Positions 31,694 to 41,813 of a stretch of 64,000 nucleotides of DNA are shown piece after piece (the first letter of the stretch is position 1; the number at the start of each line of letters is the position of its first letter). Source of the DNA: an uncultured delta proteobacterium (GTDB taxonomy: Bacteria; Desulfobacterota; Syntrophia; Syntrophales; CAMTWB01); assembly GCA_947085375.1 (NCBI GenBank), contig CAMTWB010000008.1, forward strand, positions 3,507 to 67,506, in the 5' to 3' direction. The notes below the pieces were generated by a model. That model was not told the DNA's origin, did not search any database, and worked only from the letters and a program-made list of their open reading frames with translations. A program made the translations under genes and the position numbers.

Positions 31694-34387
31694 ATGGAGA
31701 GGAAGCTGGTGTATTTTTTCGACGAAATAGCCGAGGTGGAGCGTGCGGTCGGCGCGAAATGGGATGCGGTACGTTCTCTTTTGGGCGGTAAGGGGGCCAA
31801 CCTGGCTGATATGGTGCGGGTCGGCCTGCCCGTTCCCCCTGGGTTCATCGTTACCACGGAGGCCTGCAACATTTACCAGGAACAGGGACAGCGCTTTTCT
31901 GCCGAATTGACGGCTGAGCTGGAGGCCGCTTTCAGAAGGTTGGAAGCGCAGACCGGGAAGAAATTTGGCGATCCCACCCGGCCGCTCCTTGTTTCCTGCC
32001 GCTCCGGGGCAAAGTTTTCCATGCCCGGCATGATGGATACCGTTCTCAACCTGGGGCTCAACGACGAAGTTGTTGCCGGGTTGATAAAGCTTACCGGCGA
32101 TGCCCGATTTGTCTATGATTGCTATCGGCGTCTGATTCAAATGTTTGGCACGGTTGTGATGGGGCTAGACGATGATCCTTTTGAAGAGGCTATCGCCCAG
32201 GCAAGGAAATCCGCCGCGGTTAAAACCGACGCCGACCTTACGGCCCAAGACTGGGAGGCGGTAGTTGGCAAATTCAAAGACCTCTACCGGCAAGCTACGG
32301 GTGATTATTTTCCCCAGGACCCGCTGAAGCAGGTAAAAGCTTCCACCCAGGCCGTATTTGACAGCTGGAATGGCCGCCGGGCAATCGATTACCGCAATGC
32401 CGCCGGCATTGCTCATGATTTAGGCACTGCGGTGAACATCATGACGATGGTATTCGGCAACATGGGTGATACCTCGGGGACCGGCGTTGTTTTCACCCGG
32501 AACCCCGCCACGGGTGAGCGGGCCCTCTATGGAGATTACCTCATCAATGCCCAGGGAGAGGACGTGGTTGCCGGGATCAGGAACACCAAGAAGATAGCTG
32601 ATCTGCAATTGGACTTCCCGCATATATACGGGCAGTTCACTGCTGTTTGCGATAAACTGGAGCAGCATTACCGCGATATGCAGGATGTGGAATTTACCAT
32701 TGAGCAGGGTAAATTATGGATACTCCAGACGAGAACCGGCAAGCGGACCGCAAGTGCGGCCGTAAAAATTGCCGTCGATTTAGTCCGGGAGGGCCTGATT
32801 TCCAAGCAGCAGGCCATTAACGCCGTTACGACGGCGCAGGTAGATGCCCTGCTCCATCCTCAATTCGATCCCCAGGCAATAGCGGAAGCCAGGAAGGCTG
32901 GTCTCCTCCTGGCCCGGGGAGTCAACGCCTCACCTGGCGCCGCAGTCGGAATCGTCGCCTTTGATGCCGATCTGGCTGCTTCGTGGGGTAAATCCGGCAA
33001 GAATGTAATCATGGTACGCCCCTTTACCAAGCCTGATGATGTCCACGGGATGCTGGCCGCCAAGGGCATCCTGACCTCGGAGGGGGGCGCCACCAGTCAT
33101 GCCGCGGTGGTAGCAAGGCAATTTGGCGTTCCCTGTATTGTGGGCGCAAGCGATGTTTTGATTGACCAGGGCAAGAGACAGTTCACCGCAGCTGGAGTCA
33201 CCATCGTGGAAGGAGACTGGATGTCCCTCGATGGCGCAACCGGTGAGGTCTTCAAGGGAGAGATTAAGACGACCCTGCCCCGTTTCGAAGATCAGGATGA
33301 TCTCCAGACCCTGCTTCTGTGGGCTGATGAAGTCCGGCGGCTTGAGGTGTGGGCCAATGCGGATTATCCGGAAGACGCCGCCCGAGCCAGGCGTTTCGGC
33401 GCCCAGGGGATCGGTCTGTGTCGCACGGAACATATGTTCTTCGAAGGGGAACGTCTCCCGATTGTCCAGCGGATGATTCTTGCTGCCAGTGAAGAGGAGC
33501 GGGAGGAACCCCTGCGGGAACTGTTGCCGTTTCAGCGGGGTGATTTCGAGGGTATTTTCCGGGCGATGGACGGACTGCCCGTAATCATCCGCCTGATCGA
33601 CCCGCCGCTGCACGAATTCATGCCCAATCACCGGGATATTCTGGAGCAGGTCCTGGAGAAAAGGATCAAGGGAGAGACGGAAGGACTGGCCCCGCTTTCG
33701 AAGCTCCTGGCCGATATCGAGGGAATGCACGAAAGCAATCCCATGATGGGATTGCGAGGGGTGCGACTGAGCATCATGATGCCCGGAATCGTTCGGATGC
33801 AGGTCCGGGCAATCTTCGAGGCGGCCTGCCGGGTGACGAAAGAGGGTCTGACCGTTTTGCCTGAAGTGATGATCCCCCTGGCCGGTCATGTGAATGAATT
33901 GAAGGTGATCCAGCCCCAGTTGGAGGAGGTTGCCCGCAAGGTAATGAAGGAATGGGGAATCACCCTTAATTACAAGTTTGGCACCATGATTGAAGTGCCC
34001 CGGGCGGCCCTCACCGCAGGCGAGCTTGCCCACGTGGCTCAATTCTTCTCTTTCGGAACCAACGACCTGACCCAGATGACATTCGGGTTCTCCCGGGATG
34101 ATGCCGAGCCCAGGTTCCTTTTGGACTACGTCTCAAGGGGCATCTTGCCGAAAAATCCATTCCAGACCATCGATACCGAAGGCGTGGGACAGTTGATGAA
34201 GATGGCCGTCGAAAACGGCCGGGCAGTTCGCCCGGAGCTGGAGGTTGGCATTTGTGGCGAGCATGGCGGCGACCCTGCGTCCATTGAATTCTGCCATCAG
34301 ATTGGCCAGAATTACGTCAGTTGCTCTCCCTTCCGGGTGCCAGTGGCCCGTTTGGCGGCGGCTCAGGCGGCCATCAGGAATAAGTAA
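31694..34387 (+). CDS. ppdK: Pyruvate, phosphate dikinase
   Basis: GGKGANLADM, GGATSHAAVVARQFGVPCIVG (phosphohistidine domain), a C-terminal PEP-utilising TIM barrel (FFSFGTNDLTQM), ~897 aa. Start set at ATG 31694. Confidence 0.95.
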   Translation: MERKLVYFFDEIAEVERAVGAKWDAVRSLLGGKGANLADMVRVGLPVPPGFIVTTEACNIYQEQGQRFSAELTAELEAAFRRLEAQTGKKFGDPTRPLLVSCRSGAKFSMPGMMDTVLNLGLNDEVVAGLIKLTGDARFVYDCYRRLIQMFGTVVMGLDDDPFEEAIAQARKSAAVKTDADLTAQDWEAVVGKFKDLYRQATGDYFPQDPLKQVKASTQAVFDSWNGRRAIDYRNAAGIAHDLGTAVNIMTMVFGNMGDTSGTGVVFTRNPATGERALYGDYLINAQGEDVVAGIRNTKKIADLQLDFPHIYGQFTAVCDKLEQHYRDMQDVEFTIEQGKLWILQTRTGKRTASAAVKIAVDLVREGLISKQQAINAVTTAQVDALLHPQFDPQAIAEARKAGLLLARGVNASPGAAVGIVAFDADLAASWGKSGKNVIMVRPFTKPDDVHGMLAAKGILTSEGGATSHAAVVARQFGVPCIVGASDVLIDQGKRQFTAAGVTIVEGDWMSLDGATGEVFKGEIKTTLPRFEDQDDLQTLLLWADEVRRLEVWANADYPEDAARARRFGAQGIGLCRTEHMFFEGERLPIVQRMILAASEEEREEPLRELLPFQRGDFEGIFRAMDGLPVIIRLIDPPLHEFMPNHRDILEQVLEKRIKGETEGLAPLSKLLADIEGMHESNPMMGLRGVRLSIMMPGIVRMQVRAIFEAACRVTKEGLTVLPEVMIPLAGHVNELKVIQPQLEEVARKVMKEWGITLNYKFGTMIEVPRAALTAGELAHVAQFFSFGTNDLTQMTFGFSRDDAEPRFLLDYVSRGILPKNPFQTIDTEGVGQLMKMAVENGRAVRPELEVGICGEHGGDPASIEFCHQIGQNYVSCSPFRVPVARLAAAQAAIRNK

Positions 34388-34391
34388 CGAA

Positions 34392-35195
34392 ATGGCCGAT
34401 ATAGCAGCAGCTGGCAGAGAATTCATTCGCCTTTTGGGGATTCAAGAAAGACTGAGATCCCCGGGCGGCTGTCCCTGGGACCGCCAGCAGACGAAGGAAG
34501 ACATTCTAAAATACCTCCTCGCAGAGGCTTACGAACTGGCCGATGCCGTAGCGGATAATTCTCCTGGCTCAATCAGGGAAGAACTGGGGGATCTGCTCTA
34601 TCAGATCCTGTTTATCAGCAGCATTGCCGAAGAAGAGGGCGATTTTGATCTGGCCGGGGTGCTTGGCGACATAGCGGCAAAGATGATTCGGCGTCATCCC
34701 CATGTATTCGAATCGCTTAAGGTAAACTCGATTGCGGAAATAAATTCCAACTGGGTCAGGATTAAAAACGAAAAAGAAAACAACCACCAGACAACAGGTT
34801 TTTTCGACCGGATCCCCCGGTCGCAGCCAGCTTTAGCCCGGGCCCAGAAGGTTACCGAGCGGGCAGCCAATGTGGGCTTCGACTGGAAGAGCCGGGTTGA
34901 GATTCTGGAGAAGATCGAGGAGGAACTGAACGAACTCAAAAGAGTCGTGCGATTAGACGAGCGTGATTCTCTGGCCAAGGAGGCTGGTGATCTGATGTTT
35001 TCTGTAATGAACTTCTGCCGTTTTATTGGGATTGACGCGGAAAAAACGCTCCATGAGACTACCAGTAGATTCATCGCCCGGTTTAACTATATTGAGGAAA
35101 AGCTGGCGGGCGAGGGGAATACCCTGGAGGCTGCCTCTGTCGATGAGATGAACAGGCTCTGGGAGGAGGCAAAGGCAGTGGGGTTGGGGGGCTGA
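34392..35195 (+). CDS. mazG: MazG nucleoside triphosphate pyrophosphohydrolase
   Basis: LRSPGGCPWDRQQT, EAYELADA, RHPHVF, with a tandem MazG-domain layout. Start set at ATG 34392. Confidence 0.9.
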   Translation: MADIAAAGREFIRLLGIQERLRSPGGCPWDRQQTKEDILKYLLAEAYELADAVADNSPGSIREELGDLLYQILFISSIAEEEGDFDLAGVLGDIAAKMIRRHPHVFESLKVNSIAEINSNWVRIKNEKENNHQTTGFFDRIPRSQPALARAQKVTERAANVGFDWKSRVEILEKIEEELNELKRVVRLDERDSLAKEAGDLMFSVMNFCRFIGIDAEKTLHETTSRFIARFNYIEEKLAGEGNTLEAASVDEMNRLWEEAKAVGLGG

Positions 35196-35231
35196 AATGA
35201 TTACTTTTTGCCGTGTCGCCAGGAATAATAG

Positions 35232-35423
35232 ATGGACTACTTTCTCACCGTACTTGGTTTAGTATTTGTCCTGGAAGGGCTGCCCTACTTTGCCGCTCCG
35301 GACAAGCTAAAGCTATACCTGACAAAAATGCAGGAATTGCCGGAGAACACCCTGAGGCTGTTTGGCTTGATTGCCATCGGCGTTGGTCTTTTTCTCATTT
35401 ATTTGGGGCGGGGCCAAAATTGA
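35232..35423 (+). CDS. DUF2065-like small membrane protein
   Basis: 63 aa with two hydrophobic helices and LEGLPYFAAP. Preferred over the overlapping N-terminal extension of ORF 35213. Confidence 0.6.
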   Translation: MDYFLTVLGLVFVLEGLPYFAAPDKLKLYLTKMQELPENTLRLFGLIAIGVGLFLIYLGRGQN

Positions 35424-35440
35424 TTAACTTGAAGAAGGTT

Positions 35441-36316
35441 ATGATACTCTTTCTGAAATACACAATGAGACTAATTTCCTTTGTTCCCGCTGCGGTGAGA
35501 AGGGGGGCATTTGCTTTACTGCTGTACCTTTATTATCTGCTTTCGGCCCGTTACCGTCTGATTACCATGCATAACCTGCGTCGATCCTTTCCGCAAAAGT
35601 CAGAGGGGCAGTTGCGGAAAATCGCTCTGGGGGCCTACAAAAACATTGCCATTGTGGCGGCGGAATATTTCGTCCTGCCCTTTCTTACCAAAGAAAAAGT
35701 TAAGCAGATCGTTGAAATCGAAGGCTATGACAATTACCTGGCGGCCAAAAAAAAGGGCAGGGGGGTTATTGTCTTTGCCGCCCATTTTGGCAACTGGGAG
35801 CTGCAAGTGGCCTCTTTCCCCCTGCTGGTGGAGCCCTTGGCCATAATTTACCGTCCCATGGACAACCCAATCCTGGAGGATATTACTCGCCTGGCCCGAA
35901 CAGCTGGGGGAAATATTCTGGTGAATAAAAGAGGAGCCATTAAAGAGTCCATTAGAATTCTGGCCGAAGGTGGCAGCATCGGCATTATGGTGGATCAGAA
36001 CATGTCCTGGCAGGCAGGGGTGTTTGTCGATTTTTTCAACCGGCCGGCCTGCACTGCCAGGGCGATTGCCGGTCTGGCCCTGGCAACTGGCGCCCAGACA
36101 ATCGCTTCTTTCATGGTGAGACAGCCTTCAGGCGGATACAAACTGATTTTCAGCCCGGTGGTGGAAATTGTGCAGACCGGTGACCTTGAACGGGATACAA
36201 TAAAAAACACGCAGGAATTCACCGCCATTGTCGAAAATATGGTCCGGGAATATCCCGAGCAGTGGCTTTGGCTGCACCACCGCTGGAAAACCAAGTGCTG
36301 GCAGGTGGGTAAGTAG
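35441..36316 (+). CDS. Lipid A biosynthesis (LpxL/HtrB-family) acyltransferase
   Basis: The AAHFGNWE (HX4E/D) motif and ~291 aa. Start set at ATG 35441 after GAAGAAGG. Confidence 0.8.
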   Translation: MILFLKYTMRLISFVPAAVRRGAFALLLYLYYLLSARYRLITMHNLRRSFPQKSEGQLRKIALGAYKNIAIVAAEYFVLPFLTKEKVKQIVEIEGYDNYLAAKKKGRGVIVFAAHFGNWELQVASFPLLVEPLAIIYRPMDNPILEDITRLARTAGGNILVNKRGAIKESIRILAEGGSIGIMVDQNMSWQAGVFVDFFNRPACTARAIAGLALATGAQTIASFMVRQPSGGYKLIFSPVVEIVQTGDLERDTIKNTQEFTAIVENMVREYPEQWLWLHHRWKTKCWQVGK

Positions 36317-36317
36317 G

Positions 36318-37433
36318 ATGTTTTCGTTCCGAAACAGCAAAGAGCTGCCCCGCGAAGGCATAGACCGGATTATGATCCGTGGCACCAACTGGTTAGGTGA
36401 TGTGATCATGAGTCTGCCTGCGGTATGGGCGATAAGGAATACCTATCCGCAAGCCCGCATCAGCGTTTTGGCCAAACCCTGGGTCGCCGATCTGTATCGC
36501 TTCTGCCCGGCGGTGGATGAGGTGATCATCTATCAGAGTCCAGGAAGGCACGAGGGAATCCGGGGTAAATACCGCCTGGCCCGGGAGCTGAAAAAACGGG
36601 ATTTTGAGCTGTCTGTTTTGCTGCAAAATGCCATTGAAGCGGCGATCATTACGAAACTGGCGGGCATTCCCCGGCGCGCCGGGTACAGTACGGACGGCCG
36701 CGGTTTTCTGCTCACCCATGCGGTTGCCAAATCACGACACATTGAGCGGGCTCATCAGAGTAATTATTATCTTTATATGGCAACCAAACTGGGCTGCCAG
36801 CCTGCGGATAGTGGAACGCTGCTTGGAGTTGACGAAAACGAGCGGATTGCGGCCGTCGAGCTGATAAAAATAATAGGATCAAACGGGGAAGGGCCGCTGG
36901 TTGGAATGGCGGTGGGCGCGACTTACGGTCCGGCGAAGGAATGGTTGCCCGATCGCTTTGCCGCGGTTGCCGATCGCTTGATTGAAAAATTCGCCGCCCG
37001 GGTGGTTCTCTTGGGAAGCCTTCATGATAGGCCGCAGGCGGCTCTTGTTTTAAAATCGATGAGACATACGGCCTATGACCTAACCGGCGAAACCACGCTT
37101 GCAAAGGCTGTGGCGTTGATTGAACAGCTCAGTGTCATGATAGCCAATGATTCAGGATTGATGCATATCTCAGGCGCGCTGGATATTCCAACCATCGCAA
37201 TTTTTGGCTCCACCAATCCCGTTGCCACCTCACCTTTGGGAAGGCAGAGCGAGGTTATCTACCAGGCGGTCGATTGCAGCCCCTGCCTGAAGAAAATCTG
37301 CCCTACCGATTTTCGCTGTATGACCTCGATCCGGGTGGATGAGGTGTATCTCGCGGCGGAAAAAATGCTTGCGCGGCGTCCTGCAAACGGTACGGCAGGA
37401 ACTCGGGAAGCATCGATTCGAGGCAGCCGATAA
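36318..37433 (+). CDS. waaF: ADP-heptose:LPS heptosyltransferase II (GT9, RfaF/WaaF-like)
   Basis: RIMIRGTNWLGDVIMSLPA and NDSGLMHISGAL. Start set at ATG 36318. Confidence 0.75.
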   Translation: MFSFRNSKELPREGIDRIMIRGTNWLGDVIMSLPAVWAIRNTYPQARISVLAKPWVADLYRFCPAVDEVIIYQSPGRHEGIRGKYRLARELKKRDFELSVLLQNAIEAAIITKLAGIPRRAGYSTDGRGFLLTHAVAKSRHIERAHQSNYYLYMATKLGCQPADSGTLLGVDENERIAAVELIKIIGSNGEGPLVGMAVGATYGPAKEWLPDRFAAVADRLIEKFAARVVLLGSLHDRPQAALVLKSMRHTAYDLTGETTLAKAVALIEQLSVMIANDSGLMHISGALDIPTIAIFGSTNPVATSPLGRQSEVIYQAVDCSPCLKKICPTDFRCMTSIRVDEVYLAAEKMLARRPANGTAGTREASIRGSR

Positions 37434-37996
37434 TGGGATACAGGGCGGTATTTCTGGATCGGGACGGGACGATTAACGAAGAAGTCGGATACCTCGACAG
37501 CTTTGATAAATTGAGACTTCTGCCTAACGCGGCCGCAGCCATCCGTCTGATCAATGAAGCGGGGATGAAGGCAATCGTGGTCACAAACCAGGCCGGGGTC
37601 GCCAAGGGGTTATTCGCGGAGTCTTTTGTAAACGAAGTCCACCGGCGGATTAACGGTACATTAAAGGCCGCAGGCGCATTGATTGACCGATTTTACTACT
37701 GCCCGCACCATCCGGATGAAGGAGAACCTCCCTATCGTCAAATCTGCTCCTGCCGAAAACCGGCGGCGGGGATGATTTTTGCGGCTGCCCGCGAACTCGA
37801 TCTCGATCTGGGCGCCTCATTTTTCATCGGTGACACGACCCGGGATATGGAGGCCGCCGCGGCGGCGGGGGTTAAGGGTATCTTGGTTAAGACCGGATAC
37901 GGTCTTAACCATCTTGACGGAGGAGGTAATCCGGTTTACATTGCCGATGACATCTTAGGCGCTGTTTCCTGGCTCCTTGAGGATAGCACCCGGTGA
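37433..37996 (+). CDS. gmhB: D-glycero-D-manno-heptose 1,7-bisphosphate phosphatase
   Basis: AVFLDRDGTIN, VVTNQ, and the Zn-finger-like YYCPHHP...CSCRKP. Confidence 0.9.
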   Translation: MGYRAVFLDRDGTINEEVGYLDSFDKLRLLPNAAAAIRLINEAGMKAIVVTNQAGVAKGLFAESFVNEVHRRINGTLKAAGALIDRFYYCPHHPDEGEPPYRQICSCRKPAAGMIFAAARELDLDLGASFFIGDTTRDMEAAAAAGVKGILVKTGYGLNHLDGGGNPVYIADDILGAVSWLLEDSTR

Positions 37997-39069
37997 ACAT
38001 TCTTCTGGTGAAATTGAGCGCCATCGGTGATGTTGTCCACACCCTGCCCGCTCTGGGGGCGCTGCGTAAGCTTTACCCAGAGGCCCATATCACCTGGGTG
38101 GTGGAGGAGGCGGCTGCCGATCTGGTAATTTCACATCCCTGGCTGGACCGGGTGATCGTTTTTAGGCGCAAGAGCTGGCTCAAAAAACTCAAGGCCGGGG
38201 ATTTTCGTCTTGTAACCGGCGAAATCAAGGCTTTCCTCAAAATGCTGCGAAGTTGCAAGTACGATCTGGTGCTTGATTTTCATGGCCTTTTGAAAAGCTC
38301 CCTGGTGGTATGCTTAAGTTCAGGGAAGCGCAAGGTGGGATTTGACAGTTACCAGGAACTGAGCGGTTTTTTTGTCAGGGGAAAGGTTTTTGAAGACCTG
38401 GGCAAACATGCGGTAGATCGGTACCTGGATATTGTGCGTTACCTGGGGGCGCAAGACCCGCCGGTTGATTTCCTCATCCCCCGGGGGCCGGAAAATGAAA
38501 ATAGGGTCAGGGGGCTGCTTGGTAAGGCTGGAGTGGCCGAGGGGGAGGCCTTTGTGGCGGTCAATCCCCTGGCCCTGTGGGAGACAAAACTCTGGCCCGC
38601 GGAGAACTTCGCCCGCCTGTGCGATTTAATTGCCGGGAATATGGGGTTAAAGGTGGTCATTACGGGGGTTCTAGATAAGGCTATGCGTCGCATACTTGCA
38701 CTCGTCAAGACCCCTGTCGTGGACCTGACGGGGAAAACAACCCTCAGGGACCTGGCCAGCCTGTACCGGAGGGCCAACCTGCTGGTGACAACCGACACTG
38801 GTCCGATGCATATTGCCGCCGCCGTGGGAACCAGGGTCATCGCTCTTTTCGGACCTACCGATCCATCCCGTACCGGCCCCTACGGCAAGGGGCATCGGGT
38901 GCTTACTAGAAAACTGGCCTGCCGCCCCTGTTTTAAGAAAAAATGCGCCGACCCCATATGTATGACACAACTGACAGTGGAGGAGGTATTGCAGGCGGTC
39001 CAAGAAGAGCTGCAAGCAAAGCTCCCAGCCGACAGCTGTTGCGCGCCTGCTTGCAATTGGGAGGAATAA
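37993..39069 (+). CDS. LPS heptosyltransferase (GT9, RfaC/WaaC-like)
   Basis: MNILLVKLSAIGDVVHTLPAL and TTDTGPMHIAAAVG. Confidence 0.75.
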   Translation: MNILLVKLSAIGDVVHTLPALGALRKLYPEAHITWVVEEAAADLVISHPWLDRVIVFRRKSWLKKLKAGDFRLVTGEIKAFLKMLRSCKYDLVLDFHGLLKSSLVVCLSSGKRKVGFDSYQELSGFFVRGKVFEDLGKHAVDRYLDIVRYLGAQDPPVDFLIPRGPENENRVRGLLGKAGVAEGEAFVAVNPLALWETKLWPAENFARLCDLIAGNMGLKVVITGVLDKAMRRILALVKTPVVDLTGKTTLRDLASLYRRANLLVTTDTGPMHIAAAVGTRVIALFGPTDPSRTGPYGKGHRVLTRKLACRPCFKKKCADPICMTQLTVEEVLQAVQEELQAKLPADSCCAPACNWEE

Positions 39070-39073
39070 TCTT

Positions 39074-39250
39074 ATGCCGCTAAGTAAAGAACTGCTGGCC
39101 ATTTTGGCCTGCCCCAACTGCCGGGGCGAGGTGCTTTTGGATGAACCGAGGCAGGGTTTGCTCTGTAACTCCTGTCGTCTTTTCTACCGGATCGAGGAGG
39201 GGATACCGGTGATGCTGGTGGAAGAGGCCGGGAAGCTAGAAGAGTTGTAA
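39074..39250 (+). CDS. Trm112/YcaR (UPF0434)-family small zinc-ribbon protein (58 aa; not in ORF track)
   Basis: Translated by hand: MPLSKELLAILACPNCRGEVLLDEPRQGLLCNSCRLFYRIEEGIPVMLVEEAGKLEEL. The LACP.C...L...C..C...Y.I..GIPVML pattern is family-typical. Confidence 0.75.
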   Translation: MPLSKELLAILACPNCRGEVLLDEPRQGLLCNSCRLFYRIEEGIPVMLVEEAGKLEEL

Positions 39251-39346
39251 TCAGAAGTCAGGGTGCCCGGGGCGACGTTAGCCCAGGGGGAAGAAGGGGT
39301 CGGAGGGCGGTTTTTTTGAGCCAACAAAAACGGGAGGGAACAGGCG

Positions 39347-39766
39347 ATGGTTAATAAAGTGATTCTGGTAGGAAGACTGGGGGCGGATCCGGAAGTCAGA
39401 TATACCCCCGATGGGATGATGGTCACCAACTTCAGGCTGGCGACCGACGAACAGTGGAAAGATAAGAGCGGAGAGCGAGTGCAGAAAACAGAATGGCACC
39501 GGATTGTTACCTTCGGCAAGCTGGCTGAGATCAGTGGCAGCTACCTTACCAAGGGCAAGCTGGTTTTTATTGAGGGCCGCATCCAGACCAGAAGCTGGGA
39601 TGATAAAGAGGGAGTGAAACACTACGCAACAGAGATTATTGCCTCAGGCATGAAAATGCTGGATGGAAAAGGTGGAGGCCGAAGTCAGGAGGGAACAAGC
39701 GATGTATCGCCTGGCAACTTGGCGCCCGCTTATGATGCCCCACCCGAGGATGATGTCCCCTTCTGA
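39347..39766 (+). CDS. ssb: Single-stranded DNA-binding protein
   Basis: [20 protein letters not shown], an OB fold, and an acidic C-terminal tip DDVPF. Confidence 0.95.
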   Translation: MVNKVILVGRLGADPEVRYTPDGMMVTNFRLATDEQWKDKSGERVQKTEWHRIVTFGKLAEISGSYLTKGKLVFIEGRIQTRSWDDKEGVKHYATEIIASGMKMLDGKGGGRSQEGTSDVSPGNLAPAYDAPPEDDVPF

Positions 39767-39796
39767 AGAGCGCCAGGGGCTAAAGGGGTCCAGTTC

Positions 39797-40246
39797 ATGA
39801 GAATACTTGGAATTGATTATGGAACCAAACGGATTGGTCTGGCCGTTTCGGACGAACTGGCCATTGTGGCACGGGGGCTGGGCAGTTTGCAAGGCTCAAG
39901 CGAAAGACAAACCCAGGAGGAGATTGCCAGAATCGTAACCGAGTACCAGGTTGCCAAGATAGTAATTGGTTATCCCGTAAGAACTGATGGCCTGAAGGGC
40001 GCCATGTGTGAGCGAGTTGACAAGTTTGCCCACCGCCTTGGGGAAAGCCTTGGGCTCACGGTAGTCAAGTGGGATGAAACCCTCTCTACTTGCGAGGCGG
40101 AAGAGATATTGAGACAAAGGGGGATGAACTGGCAAAAGAGAAAAAAGCATGTGGATGAGCTGGCAGCGGTCGTCATCCTTCAGGAGTATCTCAACCGCAG
40201 AAAGGTTGTGGAAGGAGAACATGGCCTTAGTCAGGCACCGGATTGA
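39797..40246 (+). CDS. ruvX: Holliday junction resolvase-like protein RuvX/YqgF
   Basis: MRILGIDYGTKRIGLAVSD. Confidence 0.9.
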   Translation: MRILGIDYGTKRIGLAVSDELAIVARGLGSLQGSSERQTQEEIARIVTEYQVAKIVIGYPVRTDGLKGAMCERVDKFAHRLGESLGLTVVKWDETLSTCEAEEILRQRGMNWQKRKKHVDELAAVVILQEYLNRRKVVEGEHGLSQAPD

Positions 40247-40255
40247 GAAAATATT

Positions 40256-41266
40256 ATGAAGCGGTACAGCTTAAATAAAAAGATAGCCCTTGCCCTTCTT
40301 GCCCTCTTGGTTGTTTTACTCTCTTGGCTTCTGTTTTACATCTATTCGCCCGTAAGTAAAGAGGAACAAATGGTGACGGTCGAGGTTTACCGGGGACAAA
40401 GCTTTCGCCAGATAAATGCCCGTCTGGCCGAAGCGGGCCTCGTGCGCCGTCCCCTTTTGTTTCACCTCATGGCGCTTGGTACGGGATCAACGGAACGAAT
40501 TAAAGCCGGAGAGTATGAACTAAGCCCCACCATGTCCCCGTGGGAAATTTTGCAAAAACTGGTTCGGGGCGAGGTAAAGGCCTTCATGGTGACCCTGCCG
40601 GAGGACATTACGCTGCGGGATGTTTTGGATAAATTGGTTGCCCTGGGGCTGGTTAACCCCGATGAGTTTATCGCGCTGTCCAAAAACCCGGAATTTATCA
40701 AATCCCTGGGAGTTAATGCGTCGTCGCTGGAGGGCTATCTTTTCCCCGATACCTATAAATTAGACCGTACCATGGGCGCCGAGAGAATCATCCGGATTAT
40801 GGTAGGCCGGTTCTGGAAGGCCATAACCCCGGAGATGCTAACCAGGATGCAACAGTTAGGCCTTACCATGACGGAGGTTATTATTCTGGCCTCTATGATC
40901 GGAAAGGAGGCCCGTCTGAGCGCTGAAAAGCCCTATGTATCAGCTGTGTTCCACAACCGCCTGAAAATAGGGATGAAATTGCAGAGCGATCCGACTGCGG
41001 TCTACAATCTTGACAAGTTTTCCGGCAAAATTCGCCGCAAGCACTTGCGGATTGATAGCCCGCATAACACCTATCTTATTGATGCCCTCCCGCCGACACC
41101 GATCGGAAACCCGGGTCTGGATTCCATTATAGCCACCTTGTATCCGGCCCCGGTAAAATACCTTTATTTTGTCGCAAAAAACGACGGCTCCCACCACTTT
41201 TCGGAAACCTACACCGAACATCGCCGTTTCGTCATAAAATATCAAATTAACAAAGAAATAAATTAA
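40256..41266 (+). CDS. mltG: Endolytic murein transglycosylase MltG/YceG
   Basis: An N-terminal TM helix, LASMIGKEA and DSPHNTYLIDALPPTPIGNPG. Confidence 0.9.
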   Translation: MKRYSLNKKIALALLALLVVLLSWLLFYIYSPVSKEEQMVTVEVYRGQSFRQINARLAEAGLVRRPLLFHLMALGTGSTERIKAGEYELSPTMSPWEILQKLVRGEVKAFMVTLPEDITLRDVLDKLVALGLVNPDEFIALSKNPEFIKSLGVNASSLEGYLFPDTYKLDRTMGAERIIRIMVGRFWKAITPEMLTRMQQLGLTMTEVIILASMIGKEARLSAEKPYVSAVFHNRLKIGMKLQSDPTAVYNLDKFSGKIRRKHLRIDSPHNTYLIDALPPTPIGNPGLDSIIATLYPAPVKYLYFVAKNDGSHHFSETYTEHRRFVIKYQINKEIN

Positions 41267-41275
41267 AAATTTCCC

Positions 41276-41304
41276 TTGACAAACGAGAAAGCCCTCTCTA
41301 TATT
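41276..41304 (+). promoter_or_regulatory. Candidate sigma70 promoter of the dcw operon (Pmra-like)
   Basis: TTGACA (41276-41281), a 17-nt spacer, then TATATT (41299-41304), 43 nt upstream of the mraZ start. Confidence 0.55.
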
Positions 41305-41313
41305 CCCATCCAG

Positions 41314-41338
41314 GTGGAGCAAAGTGGATAGTTCTGGA
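41314..41338 (+). promoter_or_regulatory. Candidate MraZ operator: three direct (G/C)TGGA repeats at ~10-bp spacing
   Basis: GTGGA at 41314, GTGGA at 41324 and CTGGA at 41334, directly downstream of the -10 element. MraZ proteins are known to bind phased GTGG/TGGG repeats in their own promoter. Confidence 0.4.
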
Positions 41339-41346
41339 GGGAAATC

Positions 41347-41787
41347 TTGTTTCGAGGTCAGTACCACCACACCATTGATGACAAGGGCCGCATAATCTTT
41401 CCCTCGCGATTCCGCGAGGTTTTCGCCGAGAAGTACGACAACAGCCTGGTCATCACCAACTGGGACGGTTACCTGATGGTCTTTCCCTATGCCGAGTGGC
41501 GCGACATCGAAGAAAAGGTCGGCAAGCAATCCATTTTGCGAAAAGAAGTGCGGGCCTTCCAGCGTTTTTTCATGTCGGGCGCCGTGGACTGCACTTTGGA
41601 TAGTCAGGGCCGGGTGCTCATTCCTCAAAATCTTCGGGAATACGCCAGGCTGGAAAAGGATGTGGTACTGGCAGGAATGACCAGGGTAGTCGAGATATGG
41701 AATAAGAATACCTTCGAGGGAGAAATGAAGAAAACCCCCGATGAAATAGAAAAATTCAGGGACTACATGGCGGATTTGGGAATTTGA
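41347..41787 (+). CDS. mraZ: Transcriptional regulator MraZ
   Basis: [18 protein letters not shown] and a second DxxGR repeat ([10 protein letters not shown]). TTG start. Confidence 0.9.
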   Translation: MFRGQYHHTIDDKGRIIFPSRFREVFAEKYDNSLVITNWDGYLMVFPYAEWRDIEEKVGKQSILRKEVRAFQRFFMSGAVDCTLDSQGRVLIPQNLREYARLEKDVVLAGMTRVVEIWNKNTFEGEMKKTPDEIEKFRDYMADLGI

Positions 41788-41813
41788 CGCGGCATGAGAC
41801 GGGAAGATGATTT

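Noticed and set aside
31694-34387. Considered whether ppdK could be the missing phenylphosphate synthase (PpsA/B-like) partner of the UbiD cluster
   Set aside because: It is a single full-length PPDK with all three canonical domains and a housekeeping context (mazG, LPS genes). It lies 22 kb from the cluster on the far side of unrelated genes.
39491-39506. A sigma54-like TGGCAC-N5-TTGT motif
   Set aside because: It lies inside the ssb coding sequence, is an imperfect match to the -12 element, and has no downstream gene to serve.
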